Shown: piece by piece, positions 30,203 through 42,693 of the stretch | Layout of the letters: every line of letters begins with the position of its first letter | Position numbering within the stretch: position 1 is the first letter of the stretch | From: Acidobacteriota bacterium | GTDB taxonomy: Bacteria > Acidobacteriota > Vicinamibacteria > Vicinamibacterales > 2-12-FULL-66-21 | Assembly: GCA_046735635.1 (NCBI GenBank) | Contig: JBKPTT010000167.1 | Span: 1-45,930 of the forward strand | DNA: 45,930 bases | Direction: 5' to 3' | Translations under genes and position numbers: made by a program | Notes under the pieces: generated by a model | Told to the model about the DNA's origin: nothing | Seen by the model: the letters and a program-made list of their open reading frames with translations, nothing else | The model's database searches: none

Positions 30203-30670
30203 ATGACGATCCGCGAATCCGACGCCCGTGTGCTCGCCGCGCTCCGGAAATGGAGCGTCCTGCTCGACAGCGCCTTCCGCGTGCCTGGCACGTCGATGAC
30301 GTTCGGGCTCGATCCGATCCTCGGGCTGATTCCCGGCCTTGGCGACCTGACCTCTCCGCTTTTCGCGGGGCTCTTGCTCTTTCATGCCGCCCGCATGCGG
30401 ATCCCGCGGGTCGTGCAGGTGCGCATGGTCGTGAATGCCCTCATCGACTTTGCGGTCGGCTTTATTCCTGTGCTCGGTGACATCTTCGATTTTGGCTGGA
30501 AGGCGAACGTGAAGAATCTCGCGCTCCTCGAGCGTTACGCGCACAGCGGAGCGAAGGCGGCGCTTGGTGACTGGCTGTTCGTGTCCGTCGTGATTGGCGT
30601 GCTGCTCGCAGCCGCCCTGATTCCGATCCTGTTCGCCGCCTGGTTGCTGTGGCACGTGCGGCTAATCTGA
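30203..30670 (+). CDS. DUF4112 membrane protein
   Basis: [41 protein letters not shown]. Confidence 0.9.
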   Translation: MTIRESDARVLAALRKWSVLLDSAFRVPGTSMTFGLDPILGLIPGLGDLTSPLFAGLLLFHAARMRIPRVVQVRMVVNALIDFAVGFIPVLGDIFDFGWKANVKNLALLERYAHSGAKAALGDWLFVSVVIGVLLAAALIPILFAAWLLWHVRLI

Positions 30671-30769
30671 ATCAGCGGCTGCGCTGAAACGGCGAGACGC
30701 GCCACCGCGGCTCGCGTCTCCATGTATGAAGCCGTGGGCTCGTCTCGCGAGGCAGCGAAGGACCTCGAT

Positions 30770-31942
30770 TCATTCCCCCAGCAGCTCACCGAAGGACTGC
30801 AGGTCTTCGACGTGATCGCAAATCGCCTTCAGCATCATCAGCATCGGGACGGCGAGCACGGTGCCCCACAGGCCCCAGACCCAGCTCCAGAACATGAGGC
30901 CGATGAAGATCGCGACGGGATTCATCTGCGCCGCACGCCCGATGAGCATTGGGGTCAGCAGGAACCCCTCGAGGCTGGTGATCACGAACGCCGCGCCGCA
31001 CACCAGCACGGTCCGCCATACATCGTCGAACTGCATGAAGGCGACGACACCGAGGCCGCCGGTTACCACCACCGGCCCGAGGTACGGAATGGTATTGAAG
31101 ATGCCGGAGAGCAATCCCCACAAGACGTAATGGTCGAGCCCCAGCCACCACAGCGCGGTCGCGGTCGCGACGGCGACAAGAAGGCTCGTCAGCACTTGGA
31201 CGCGCATGAAGCTCGCGATCTGGAGATTGATATCGTCGAGGATCTGCACGGTGATCTTCTTGCTCGTGAAGGTCGGCCCCGCGATCTTGACGAACTTGCG
31301 TTTGTACAGGTCGCCGGTTACCAGGAAGAAATACACGAGGAATAACACCAGCACCAGCTGCGCGGCGAAGTTGAACAGGCTGACGCCACCCGACCAGATG
31401 TAATCGCTCACGCGGAACGTGGGCTCGACCACCTCCACCTTCTGCACGCCGCGCGCGGCGGGCGTCGGCGTGTTTCCCGGAGTCGTAGTGGCTTCCTGGG
31501 CGGCACGGTCGATCTCCTTCGCGGCCTGCTGCACCTTTGCGAGCGCGCTCTCGGAAGCCGCCTGCCGGTTCGTGCGGATTCGGTCGCGTGCTCGCTGGGC
31601 GGCTTCCGGCACGCTGTTCAGCACCGACATCGCCTGATCGCTGAGCGTGTAGCCACCGACTCCGACCGCGCCGACGAGCAGAACGACGGCGATGGCGGCG
31701 CCAATCGCCCGCGGCACTCGAACGCGGAACAGCGTCGACACGATCGGCTCGAGCGAATAGCTGATGAGTATGCCGAGCACGATCGGAATGAGAACGGCCT
31801 GGGCGTACTGGAGGAAGTAGACGCCAGCGACGACGGCGATGATCGTCAGCGAGACGCTTCGGACGTCGACCGGCATCCGGATGAGCAAGGGCTCCGGCTC
31901 CGGTGCGTTGTCCTTGTCCTTGTCAACGTCCTCTGCGGCCAT
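30770..31942 (-). CDS. AI-2E family transporter
   Basis: Multiple transmembrane segments; IPYLGP, LEGFLLTP, WGLWGTVLAVP. Confidence 0.92.
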   Translation of the reverse strand: MAAEDVDKDKDNAPEPEPLLIRMPVDVRSVSLTIIAVVAGVYFLQYAQAVLIPIVLGILISYSLEPIVSTLFRVRVPRAIGAAIAVVLLVGAVGVGGYTLSDQAMSVLNSVPEAAQRARDRIRTNRQAASESALAKVQQAAKEIDRAAQEATTTPGNTPTPAARGVQKVEVVEPTFRVSDYIWSGGVSLFNFAAQLVLVLFLVYFFLVTGDLYKRKFVKIAGPTFTSKKITVQILDDINLQIASFMRVQVLTSLLVAVATATALWWLGLDHYVLWGLLSGIFNTIPYLGPVVVTGGLGVVAFMQFDDVWRTVLVCGAAFVITSLEGFLLTPMLIGRAAQMNPVAIFIGLMFWSWVWGLWGTVLAVPMLMMLKAICDHVEDLQSFGELLGE

Positions 31943-32039
31943 CGGGTCTGCGGCGAAATTGTACCGCAGTGACGCGGTTGAAATCCTTTCCGACGGTCAA
32001 TAATTCCGTCGTGACCCAGTGCGACGCCTTCGGTTGCGT

Positions 32040-33125
32040 ATGAACGTCTCCGAATTCCAGTTCGACCTGCCCGAAGAACTGATCGCGCAGACCGCACTGC
32101 CGCGAGGGACGTCGCGCCTGCTCGTGCTCGAGCGCGACGCCGGTACGGTGCAGCACCGGAGTGTGTCGGATCTCCCGGCCATTCTGCGCGCTGGCGACCT
32201 GCTCGTCGTGAACAACACACGGGTCTTTGCCGCACGACTGCTGGGCCACCGGGTTCCGAGCGGCGGCGCGGTGGAATGTCTGCTCCTGGAGGCACCCAGC
32301 CGACGCGAGCCGCCCGCCGAACCACGAACGACGCACCGGGACTCGCGCGAAGTGCACGCTCTCGTGCATCCCGGACAGAAGCTCAGGCCGGGCGCCCTGA
32401 TGCGTTTTGATGGGGAAGCGGGCGTTCTGATGGGCGAAGTGCTCGATCGGCACTTTCACGGCCGGCGGACGATCCGGCTGTGGAGCGAATCGGGTCGCGC
32501 GGTCGACGAACTGGTCGATGCGCTTGGCCACATTCCTTTGCCCCCCTACATCCGCCGCGGCGACACCTCCAACGATCGCGATCGCTACCAGACGATCTTC
32601 GCGCGCGTACGGGGATCGGTCGCGGCTCCGACAGCGGGATTGCATTTCGACGAGAGGCTGCTCGCGGCGCTCGCCGAACGCGGGATTGATCGGACGGAGA
32701 TCACCCTGCACGTGGGCTACGGAACGTTCAAGCCGGTTCGTGTCGAGCGCATCGAGGATCACGTCGTCGATCCCGAGTACTACGACATTCCCGACAGCAC
32801 GGCTGCCGCAATCGCGCGGGCGCGCGACGAGCGACGACGGATCATCGCCGTGGGCACGACGACGACGCGGGCGCTCGAAGATGCCGCAGAACGAGGCGGC
32901 GGGCGAGTCGGCGCGGGCGCCGCGATGGCGTCGCTCTTCATCTACCCCGGTCATCAGTTCCGCGCGATTGACGGTCTCCTGACCAACTTTCATCTGCCGG
33001 GGTCGTCGCTGCTGATGCTCGTCGCGGCGTTCGCGAGCCGTGAGCGCGTGCTGTTGGCTTACCGCGAAGCGATCGAACGGCGCTACCGCTTTTACAGTTA
33101 CGGTGACGCCATGTTGATTGTGTAG
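32040..33125 (+). CDS. queA: S-adenosylmethionine:tRNA ribosyltransferase-isomerase
   Basis: FDLPEELIAQ, PLPPYI, YQT, AAPTAGLHF, LHVGYGTF, AVGTT, TNFHLPGS, YSYGDAM. Confidence 0.97.
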   Translation: MNVSEFQFDLPEELIAQTALPRGTSRLLVLERDAGTVQHRSVSDLPAILRAGDLLVVNNTRVFAARLLGHRVPSGGAVECLLLEAPSRREPPAEPRTTHRDSREVHALVHPGQKLRPGALMRFDGEAGVLMGEVLDRHFHGRRTIRLWSESGRAVDELVDALGHIPLPPYIRRGDTSNDRDRYQTIFARVRGSVAAPTAGLHFDERLLAALAERGIDRTEITLHVGYGTFKPVRVERIEDHVVDPEYYDIPDSTAAAIARARDERRRIIAVGTTTTRALEDAAERGGGRVGAGAAMASLFIYPGHQFRAIDGLLTNFHLPGSSLLMLVAAFASRERVLLAYREAIERRYRFYSYGDAMLIV

Positions 33126-33266
33126 CCGCGCCCGACGACGGGTTGAACGGGCCCACGGCTGACAGCACGGCACACGAAGCTCACGAAGAACCTGACTGAA
33201 ACAATTGGTCAGCCGTCGTCCAGTTCAGCGTGGGTTGCACCCGCACGTCGTTGTATTCTCAACAGC

Positions 33267-34202
33267 GTGAAATTCGATTACGAGGATTTCGATCTCTCCG
33301 GTCTGCGGACCTATCCGCTGGCGTCGCGCAAGAGCAAGGCAAACGCTTCTGACTTTGCGACGCCGCTCCGCGGCGCGGCGCTGAAGCCGTTTTTCGAGTC
33401 GTTGCCACGCATTCTCGCCGCCGGCGATTTCAAAGCGGTCGTCGATGCCATCAAGTCGGCGCACGCTGGTGGACGCGGCATCGTCTGGGGACTCGGCGCG
33501 CATGTGATCAAGACCGGTTTGGGGCCTGTCATCGTCGACCTGATGGAACGCGGATACGTCTCGGCGCTCGCGACCAACGGCGCGGGAGTGATCCATGATT
33601 TCGAGCTCGCCCTCTCGGGCGGGACGTCCGAGGACGTCGACGAGGCCCTCGGACCCGGCCGCTTCGGGATGGCAGAGGAAACCGGGCGGCTGCTGAACGC
33701 GGCGATCAACGATGGTGTCACGCAGGGGCTCGGTCTGGGCCAGGCCGTCAGCCGGCGGCTGCAGGAAATGCAGCCGGCTCACGCATCGATCAGCCTTCTT
33801 GCCGCCGCGGCGAGGCTCGAGATCCCTGTGACGGTCCATGTCGCGATCGGAACGGACATCATTCACATGCATCCCGATGCCTCGGGCGCTGCGCTCGGCG
33901 AGGGAAGCCTGCGCGATTTTCGATACTTCGTGTCCAACGTCGCGCGCCTCGCCGGCGGCGTCTTCCTGAACTGCGGGTCGGCGGTCGTGCTGCCCGAAGT
34001 GTTCCTGAAGGCCGTTGCCCTTGCACGCAATCGGGGACTCTCTCTCGAAGGCCTGACGACCGTGAACCTCGATTTCACCAGGCTCTATCGTCCGCAGACC
34101 AACGTGGTCTCACGTCCCGTCGCCGGCATCGGGAAGGGCTATTCACTCGTCGGTCACCACGAGATCATGATCCCGCTGCTCGCCGCGGCGCTGTCGGACT
34201 AG
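33267..34202 (+). CDS. Deoxyhypusine-synthase-like protein of unknown function
   Basis: GLGAHVIKTGL, ATNGAGVIHDFE, GTSEDV, GMAEETG, HVAIGTDI, GSAVVLPEVFLKA, GHHEIMIPLL; DHS-like motif order. Confidence 0.65.
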   Translation: MKFDYEDFDLSGLRTYPLASRKSKANASDFATPLRGAALKPFFESLPRILAAGDFKAVVDAIKSAHAGGRGIVWGLGAHVIKTGLGPVIVDLMERGYVSALATNGAGVIHDFELALSGGTSEDVDEALGPGRFGMAEETGRLLNAAINDGVTQGLGLGQAVSRRLQEMQPAHASISLLAAAARLEIPVTVHVAIGTDIIHMHPDASGAALGEGSLRDFRYFVSNVARLAGGVFLNCGSAVVLPEVFLKAVALARNRGLSLEGLTTVNLDFTRLYRPQTNVVSRPVAGIGKGYSLVGHHEIMIPLLAAALSD

Positions 34203-34291
34203 GCTGGCCCGAGTTCCTCGGGCGCAGGCTCGCCTGAAGGCCAGCACTACCGAGAGGCTGTCCCGGCGAACCGCGAACCGCGAACCGCGTC

Positions 34292-34300
34292 TGTTATAAT
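34292..34300 (+). promoter_or_regulatory. Extended -10 promoter for the tRNA
   Basis: TGTTATAAT 11 nt upstream of the tRNA 5' end. Confidence 0.65.
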
Positions 34301-34311
34301 CAACGGTTCCT

Positions 34312-34388
34312 GCCGGTGTAGCTCAGTTGGTTAGAGCACGCGGCTCATATCCGCGGAGTCCGGGGTTCAAGTCCCTGCACCGGCACCA
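34312..34388 (+). tRNA. tRNA with CAU anticodon, most likely elongator tRNA-Met
   Basis: GCCGGTG/CACCGGC acceptor stem, TAGCTCAGTTGG D-arm, CGCGG-CTCATAT-CCGCG anticodon arm, GTTCAAG T-loop, encoded CCA; G1-C72 paired, so not initiator. Confidence 0.93.
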
Positions 34389-34405
34389 ATAATTCTTCGC
34401 TGAAA

Positions 34406-34469
34406 TGCTGATTGCTGATTGCTGATTTCTGAATTCTGATTTCTGAATTAAATCAGCAATCAGCAATCA
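34406..34469. repeat. Inverted heptamer arrays (TGCTGAT / ATCAGCA) able to form a hairpin
   Basis: TGCTGATTGCTGATT... facing AATCAGCAATCAGCA between tRNA and tilS. Confidence 0.75.
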
Positions 34470-34486
34470 TCCTTCAGCACTTCTTT

Positions 34487-35898
34487 ATGCTCCTGGATCG
34501 CGTGCGGCGCACCATCGAACGCCACGGGCTCGTGGCGAGAGGCGAACGCGTGCTCGTCGCATTGTCGGGCGGCCCCGATTCGGTCGCGCTCGTCGACCTG
34601 CTCCTGGAGCTGCAGTCGGCCGGCGATCTGACGGTTGCCGGGGTCGCGCATTTCAATCACCAACTTCGCGGCGCTGATGCCGACGCGGACGAACGCTTCT
34701 GCCGCGAGCTCGCGGCGTCGCTCTCGCTCTCCATCGAGGTGGGCACGGCTGATGTCCGTCGCGCCGCCCGCCAGAGCGGTCGATCGATTGAAGATGCCGC
34801 ACGCGCCATCCGATACGAATTCCTGGAGCGGGCAGCCACGAGCCTGAATGCAGACGTCATCGCCGTGGGGCACAGCCGTGACGACCAGGCGGAAACGTTT
34901 CTCCTCCGCCTCGTCCGGGGCGCCGGTCCGCGCGGCCTCGGCGGAATCTTTCCACGAGCCGGCCGTGTCGTGCGTCCGCTCCTGGAGATCCCTCGAGACG
35001 ATCTGCGCGAGTACGCGGACGGGCGCGGCCTGAAATGGCGCGAGGACGAGACCAATCGCGATCTGACAATCCCACGCAATCGCGTTCGCCACGAGCTCAT
35101 CCCTTATCTCCAGCGAGAGTTTTCGCCAGGGATTGTCGAGGTGCTCGCGCGCGAGGCGGCCATTGCGCGAGACGATGACGATCGCCTCGAGCGGGAAGCA
35201 ATCGATTTGGCGACTTCGATCGTCTTAAGAGATACAGGCGGAACAATCGAGCTCGACGCCGCCGCGCTGCGGCAGCTTCATCCGGCGCTTCAGGCCAGGG
35301 TGGCGCGCCGCGCGTTGTCGGCGGTGAGCGCCGCCGGGCACATCGGGTTCGATCAGGTTCAACGTGTGTTGGATCTTGCGCGGGGACGCCGGCAAGACGG
35401 GTCGGTGAGCCTGCCGGGCTGTCAGGTTTCGTTGGCGACGGGCCGGATCGTCGTCGGACCCGCGCTGGACCGAGGATCGGGCCCGCCGAACTCTTTCCGG
35501 ATTCCGCTGTCTATTCCTGGTGAGGTTCGATTGGATCATCAGGGCTGGGCGGTGTCGGCGGAGCGCGCAGCCTCGGCGGGGGTGGCAATCGCCCCGGGCA
35601 GTGGACGCGCCGTGGTTGTCGCCGTTGCGGCTTCACCGTTGACGCTTCCCCTGGCGGTGCGGTCGCGGCGCCCCGGCGACCGCTTCCGGCCGCTCGGGCA
35701 GATCGGTCGGAAGAAGCTGCAGGACTTCCTCGTGGACCGCAAAATTCCACGGGAAACGAGGGACTCCCTGCCGCTGGTCGTTGACGGGGATGACAGAATT
35801 GTGTGGGTCGTGGGGCAGTCGGTGGCGGAGGATTTTCGCGTCACGGAGCCCGCACGAGGCGTGATACTCTTGAAAGCAAGGCGGTTAGGAGGCCTAGG

Positions 35899-35902
<4 letters not shown>
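34487..35902 (+). CDS. tilS: tRNA(Ile)-lysidine synthetase
   Basis: [61 protein letters not shown]. Confidence 0.96.
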
Positions 35903-37815
<1,913 letters not shown>

Positions 37816-37897
37816 AATCGCGGCTGTTCCTTCACGCAAGCACTACGTCGTTCCGCTGCCGGGACGTCCCCCTCTCGAACTCGGCGCGCGTACGCTG

Positions 37898-38707
37898 GTG
37901 ATGGCGATCCTCAACGTTACGCCCGATTCATTCTCGGACGGCGGCGTTCGATTCGACCCGGCGCGCGCTATCGAGGACGGCCTGCGTATGCTCGAACAGG
38001 GCGCCGACATCCTCGACGTGGGCGGCGAATCGACCCGCCCGGGTGCGGAACCGGTGCGGGCCGACGAGGAGATGCGACGGGTGCTGCCAGTAGTCGAGCA
38101 TCTGTCGGCCCGAGGCGCGATCGTGTCGATCGACACCTACAAGTCAGTCGTCGCCCGCGAGGCGCTGGCGAGAGGCGCCGCGATCGTGAATGACGTGCAT
38201 GCGCTTCGTGCAGATCCTCAGCTGGCCGCGGCGGTCGCGGAATCGGGCGCGGCCGTCGTATTGATGCACAACCGTGGCACGCCACGCGACATGTATCGGA
38301 ACGCGGTGTACGAGGACGCGGCGCGCGAGGTGTCGACTGAGCTTGGCGCCGCGATCGAGGATGCTTTGAGCGGCGGCATCCCGCGCGACTCCATCATCGT
38401 CGATCCAGGGATCGGATTCGCGAAACGTGCGGCACATTCGTTCGAGGTCCTGGCCGGACTTGACGAGCTGTGGATGCTCGACCGTCCGATCCTGGCGGGA
38501 CCGTCGCGGAAGTCGTTCCTGAAAGAAGCAATAGGGGATCGTCCCGCCTCAGGGCGTGACTGGGCGACGGCTGCGGCCGTTGCGGCCAGCGTGCTCCTCG
38601 GCGCGCACATCGTCCGGGTGCACGACGCGGCGCACATGGCCGATGTCGTTCGGGTCGCCGACCGCATTGCCGCCGCCGCTCGCCCGTTCCCGCGGTCCTT
38701 CAGATAA
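37898..38707 (+). CDS. folP: Dihydropteroate synthase
   Basis: [40 protein letters not shown]; coding-like frame extends upstream to about 37826. Confidence 0.95.
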   Translation: MMAILNVTPDSFSDGGVRFDPARAIEDGLRMLEQGADILDVGGESTRPGAEPVRADEEMRRVLPVVEHLSARGAIVSIDTYKSVVAREALARGAAIVNDVHALRADPQLAAAVAESGAAVVLMHNRGTPRDMYRNAVYEDAAREVSTELGAAIEDALSGGIPRDSIIVDPGIGFAKRAAHSFEVLAGLDELWMLDRPILAGPSRKSFLKEAIGDRPASGRDWATAAAVAASVLLGAHIVRVHDAAHMADVVRVADRIAAAARPFPRSFR

Positions 38708-38719
38708 GCTATCCCTGCC

Positions 38720-39538
38720 ATGATGGAACTGATCGGCAGCTTCCTTCGGCGGGCGCCGTTCGGCTGGTGGGATCTGCTCGATGTTGCAATCGTTTCGGTC
38801 CTGATCTACGAGTTCCTCAAGCTGATCAGAGGCACGCGTGCCGTGCAGATGGGCGTCGGAACGCTCCTGATCGTCGGCATGTTCTATGTGTCTCGACTGG
38901 CACCCCTGCAGACGGTCAACTGGCTCATCCGCAACATCCTCGTGTACGTCGCGTTTGCGGCGATCGTCATTTTTCAGTCGGATATCAGGCGCGCGCTCGC
39001 GCACTTCGGTCAGGCGCCGTTCTTCCGCTATTTCAACCGCCAGGAAGCCGCCCAGGAGACGATCGAAGAGATTGTCGTGGCCGCCACCATGCTGTCGTCG
39101 CAGCGCGTGGGGGCGATCGTCGCAATCGAACGGGACATCGGCCTGCGGAACTACATCGAAAGCGGCATCCCGCTCGACGCGATCCTGACCTACGACCTGC
39201 TCGTCACCATCTTCCATCCCGGTTCGGCGCTTCACGATGGCGCCGTGATCCTTCAAGAGGATCGCGTGGCGGCCGCAGCGTGCTTCCTGCCGCTCACGGT
39301 GAACCCGCGGGTCAGCCGAGAGCTCGGAACCAGACACCGCGCAGCGATCGGCCTCACCGAGGAAGGGGACGCGGTGGCCGTGGTGGTGTCGGAGGAGACC
39401 GGCCAGATCTCGCTGGCAATCGACGGCAAGATTCAGCGCGGTTTGACACCCGATCAATTGAGGGAGCGGATGCGGTCGCTCGTGACGCTCCGCCGTTCCA
39501 GCCGGCGCGATATCGGCGTGCGCGCATACGATGTATAG
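38720..39538 (+). CDS. cdaA: Diadenylate cyclase CdaA
   Basis: Three N-terminal TM segments, HDGA, LGTRHRAAIG, VSEETG. Confidence 0.95.
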   Translation: MMELIGSFLRRAPFGWWDLLDVAIVSVLIYEFLKLIRGTRAVQMGVGTLLIVGMFYVSRLAPLQTVNWLIRNILVYVAFAAIVIFQSDIRRALAHFGQAPFFRYFNRQEAAQETIEEIVVAATMLSSQRVGAIVAIERDIGLRNYIESGIPLDAILTYDLLVTIFHPGSALHDGAVILQEDRVAAAACFLPLTVNPRVSRELGTRHRAAIGLTEEGDAVAVVVSEETGQISLAIDGKIQRGLTPDQLRERMRSLVTLRRSSRRDIGVRAYDV

Positions 39539-40439
39539 CCCATTCCGCCACATCGGGCTGAAGGTCGTTGCCGTCGCACTCGCCGGCCTGCTCTGGCTCA
39601 TCGTCGCCGGCGATCACCTCGTCGAGCGAAGCATTCGGGTGCCGCTCGAGTTCCGCAACATCCCCAATGAGCTCGAGATCGTCGGAGATCCGCCGACGAC
39701 GGTCGATGTTCGCCTGCGCGGGTCGTCGTCGCAGCTCGCGCGGCTGGAGCCGCGTGAGGTGGTCGCCGTGCTCGATCTTGGCGGTGCTCGTCCCGGGTCG
39801 CGTATGTTTCATCTGCGCAATGACGCCGTGCGCACGCCGTACGGCGTCGACGTTGCGCAAGTCGTGCCGGGCACGCTCGCAGTCGATCTGGAGAAGTCGG
39901 GCCGCCGAACCGTTCCTGTTTCCCCTGCTCTCGACGGCGAACCGGCGCCCGGATTTGTGATCGGCAAGGTCACCGTCGATCCGCCCACTGTGGAGGTCGC
40001 CGGGCCGGAGAGTCGACTGAAGCAGCTGACCAGCGCCACCACCGAGCCGGTCGCCGTCGACGGGCGAAAGGAGAAGTTCAGCGATCAGATTACCGTCGGC
40101 GTCACCGATTCCGCCGTCCGGCTGGTGCAGGCGCAGAACGCGCGCGTAACGGTCGAGATTCTGCCCGCGCCGGTGGAGCGCGAGCTCGCAGGCGTTCCGA
40201 TACGAATGCGTAACCTTGCTCAGGGGCTCAGCGCGACGGTGCAGCCGACGCTGACGCGCGTGACCGTGCGCGGCCGGCGCGAGGCGCTCGGCGATCTTCG
40301 CGCCGGATCGATCGAGGCGTTCGTGGACCTTGCCGGGCTGGCGCCTGGCCGGTACAATCTTCGGGTCCAGGTGGATCCTTCACAAACATTTGGTGTCAGC
40401 TCAATCGACCCCGCCGTCGTCGACGTCACCATCAAGTAA
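39531..40439 (+). CDS. cdaR: CdaR/YbbR-like regulator of diadenylate cyclase
   Basis: N-terminal TM (LKVVAVALAGLLW) plus YbbR-like repeats (V.V.G..S.L, AFVDLAGL.PG.Y.L.V); follows cdaA. Confidence 0.88.
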   Translation: MYSPFRHIGLKVVAVALAGLLWLIVAGDHLVERSIRVPLEFRNIPNELEIVGDPPTTVDVRLRGSSSQLARLEPREVVAVLDLGGARPGSRMFHLRNDAVRTPYGVDVAQVVPGTLAVDLEKSGRRTVPVSPALDGEPAPGFVIGKVTVDPPTVEVAGPESRLKQLTSATTEPVAVDGRKEKFSDQITVGVTDSAVRLVQAQNARVTVEILPAPVERELAGVPIRMRNLAQGLSATVQPTLTRVTVRGRREALGDLRAGSIEAFVDLAGLAPGRYNLRVQVDPSQTFGVSSIDPAVVDVTIK

Positions 40440-40494
40440 GCGGCTCGCGGCCGGCGGTCAGCGATTCGAGGATCGAATGACTCACCCATTCGAC

Positions 40495-40585
40495 GATCCA
40501 CTTCGTCAGATCCGCGGTGCTCAGCCTCCTCGGCGCGAGACCATGGCTCCGCTGCTCGCCCGCCGATCTGACAAAGTAGTGGATC
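40495..40585. repeat. Short MITE-like inverted-repeat element related to 8351-8601
   Basis: GATCCACTTCGTCAGATC ... GATCTGACAAAGTAGTGGATC; 15-nt GATCTGACAAAGTAG identical to 8580-8594; internal CTCAGC.TCCTCGGCGCGAGA shared. Confidence 0.55.
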
Positions 40586-40644
40586 AGATTGATTCCCGAT
40601 TAGACAGGGATTAGCGATTAGGGATTAGGGATTCGATTTCAATC

Positions 40645-41985
40645 ATGCCCCCCCGGCTTTTCGGTACGGACGGCGTGCGCGGCAAGGCAGGTGAATACCC
40701 CCTCGATCATGACACCGTGGCGCGGCTCGGGGCCGGGCTCGTTCGCGCGATGGGAGGCGACGGGCGGACGCTGAAGTTCGTCGTCGGCCGCGACACCCGC
40801 GAGTCGGGCGAATGGATCGAGCGCGAGCTCGCGCGCGGCGTGCGTGCAGCGGGTGCCCATCTTACAAGTGCGGGCGTGATCCCGACCCCTGCCGTCGCGT
40901 ACGTGACGCGGGCCATGAGCTTCGATGCGGGCCTCGTGATTTCGGCGTCGCACAATCCGTTCGAAGACAACGGCATCAAAGTGTTCTCGGGGAAGGGGGA
41001 GAAGTTCACCGAGACGTTCGAGCGCGCCGTCGAGGCGATCGTGGACGACCGGAGCTGGTCGGTCGGCGGATCGGCGGATTTGCCCGTCGAGCGCAGCGAC
41101 GTCATCGACGCCTACATCGCACACGCCCGTGTCGCGCTGCCGGAACCGCATCGGTTGGGGAAGCTCAGGATTGCCGTCGATACGGCCAACGGCGCCACCA
41201 CCACGGTCGCGCCGCGGCTGTTCCGCGATCTCGGATTCGACGTGCACCTGATTGGGGCCTCGCCGGACGGCCGCAACATCAACCTTGGATGCGGATCCAC
41301 TCACGCCGAGCACCTCGCGAAGGCCGTACGCGATCAGGCGTGCCAGATGGGGGTCGCGTTCGACGGCGACGGGGACCGCGCGATTTTCGTCGACGCGGAC
41401 GGGCGCATCGTGGACGGCGATGCCGTCATGCTGATGTGCGCGCGCCACTGGAAGGCCGCGGGGCGGCTGAAAGGGAACGCAATCGTCGCCACTGTGATGA
41501 GCAATATCGGATTGGAGCTGGCGCTTCGCGAGAGCGGGATCGATCTTGTACGAACAGCCGTGGGCGACAAGTACGTGATGGAGGAGATGCTGAAGCGTGA
41601 TCTTTCGATTGGAGGCGAGCAGTCGGGGCACGTCATCTTCTCGGAGCATCTGTACACCGGCGACGGCATCGTGACGGCGCTGAGCGTCCTCCGCGTCATG
41701 GCCGAGACCGGCCGCAGCCTGGCCGAATTGGCGTCACAGCTCGTCACGTACCCGCAGGTCCTCGTCAACGTGCGCGTACGGCACAAAGAGGATCTCAAAG
41801 GCGTTCCCGCGATTGCTGCGGCAATGGAACGTGTGGAACGCCGGCTTCACGGGGAAGGACGGCTCCTGATCCGGTACTCCGGGACCGAGCCGCTCCTGCG
41901 GGTGATGATCGAAGGCAAGGATCAGCAGCAGATTCAATCGTGGGCGGCGGAGATCGCGGGCGCCGTCCAGGAACATCTCGGGTAA
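40645..41985 (+). CDS. glmM: Phosphoglucosamine mutase
   Basis: FGTDGVRG, SASHNP, DGDGDR, GGEQSGH, RYSGTEP. Confidence 0.97.
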   Translation: MPPRLFGTDGVRGKAGEYPLDHDTVARLGAGLVRAMGGDGRTLKFVVGRDTRESGEWIERELARGVRAAGAHLTSAGVIPTPAVAYVTRAMSFDAGLVISASHNPFEDNGIKVFSGKGEKFTETFERAVEAIVDDRSWSVGGSADLPVERSDVIDAYIAHARVALPEPHRLGKLRIAVDTANGATTTVAPRLFRDLGFDVHLIGASPDGRNINLGCGSTHAEHLAKAVRDQACQMGVAFDGDGDRAIFVDADGRIVDGDAVMLMCARHWKAAGRLKGNAIVATVMSNIGLELALRESGIDLVRTAVGDKYVMEEMLKRDLSIGGEQSGHVIFSEHLYTGDGIVTALSVLRVMAETGRSLAELASQLVTYPQVLVNVRVRHKEDLKGVPAIAAAMERVERRLHGEGRLLIRYSGTEPLLRVMIEGKDQQQIQSWAAEIAGAVQEHLG

Positions 41986-41988
41986 GAC

Positions 41989-42693
41989 ATGCGCCTCGCC
42001 GTCAACATCGATCACATCGCCACGCTGCGGGAAGCACGCCAAGGGCACGACCCGGAACCGGTTGCGGCTGCCCTGCTGGCGGAAATGGCCGGCGCCGAGG
42101 GTATTACCGTTCACTTGCGAAGCGATCGGCGCCACATAAAAGAGCGGGATCTCGAGATGCTGCGGCGGGCGATCTCCACGAAACTCAACGTCGAGATGGC
42201 GGTCACCGCCGACATGGCGCGCGTCGCGCAAAACATTGATCCCGATCAGGTCACGCTGGTTCCGGAACGTCCGCAGGAGCTCACCACCGAGGGGGGCCTC
42301 GACGTCGCCGCACAGAAGAGCGCCGTGACCGACTTCGTGCGTGAGATGCAGCGTGCGGGCATTCGCGTCAGCATCTTTCTCGATCCTGATGCGGACCAGG
42401 TCAGAGCGGCGGAGGCGGTCGGTGCGCACGCCGTCGAGATCAACACGGGACGGTACGCCGAGGCCCGAGGCGCGACGGCGGCCGCCGAGCTCGCGCGCAT
42501 CGTGGAGACGGCGCGACTCGCCGCCGACCGCCGCCTCGAAGTGCTCGCCGGCCACGGTCTGAACTACACCAACGTCATCGCGATCGCGGCGATTTCCGAG
42601 ATTGTCGAGCTCAATATCGGCCACAGCATCGTGGCGCGAGCCGCGCTCGTCGGGATGGACCGCGCGGTCCGTGACATGGTCGCATTGCTGTGA
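41989..42693 (+). CDS. pdxJ: Pyridoxine 5'-phosphate synthase
   Basis: VNIDHIATLR, TVHLRSDRRHI, ELTTEGGLD, AGHGL, ELNIGHSI. Confidence 0.97.
   Translation: MRLAVNIDHIATLREARQGHDPEPVAAALLAEMAGAEGITVHLRSDRRHIKERDLEMLRRAISTKLNVEMAVTADMARVAQNIDPDQVTLVPERPQELTTEGGLDVAAQKSAVTDFVREMQRAGIRVSIFLDPDADQVRAAEAVGAHAVEINTGRYAEARGATAAAELARIVETARLAADRRLEVLAGHGLNYTNVIAIAAISEIVELNIGHSIVARAALVGMDRAVRDMVALL

Noticed and set aside
34312-34486. tRNA as integration site of a genomic island
   Set aside because: No integrase and no duplicated tRNA 3' end seen; flanks are housekeeping genes
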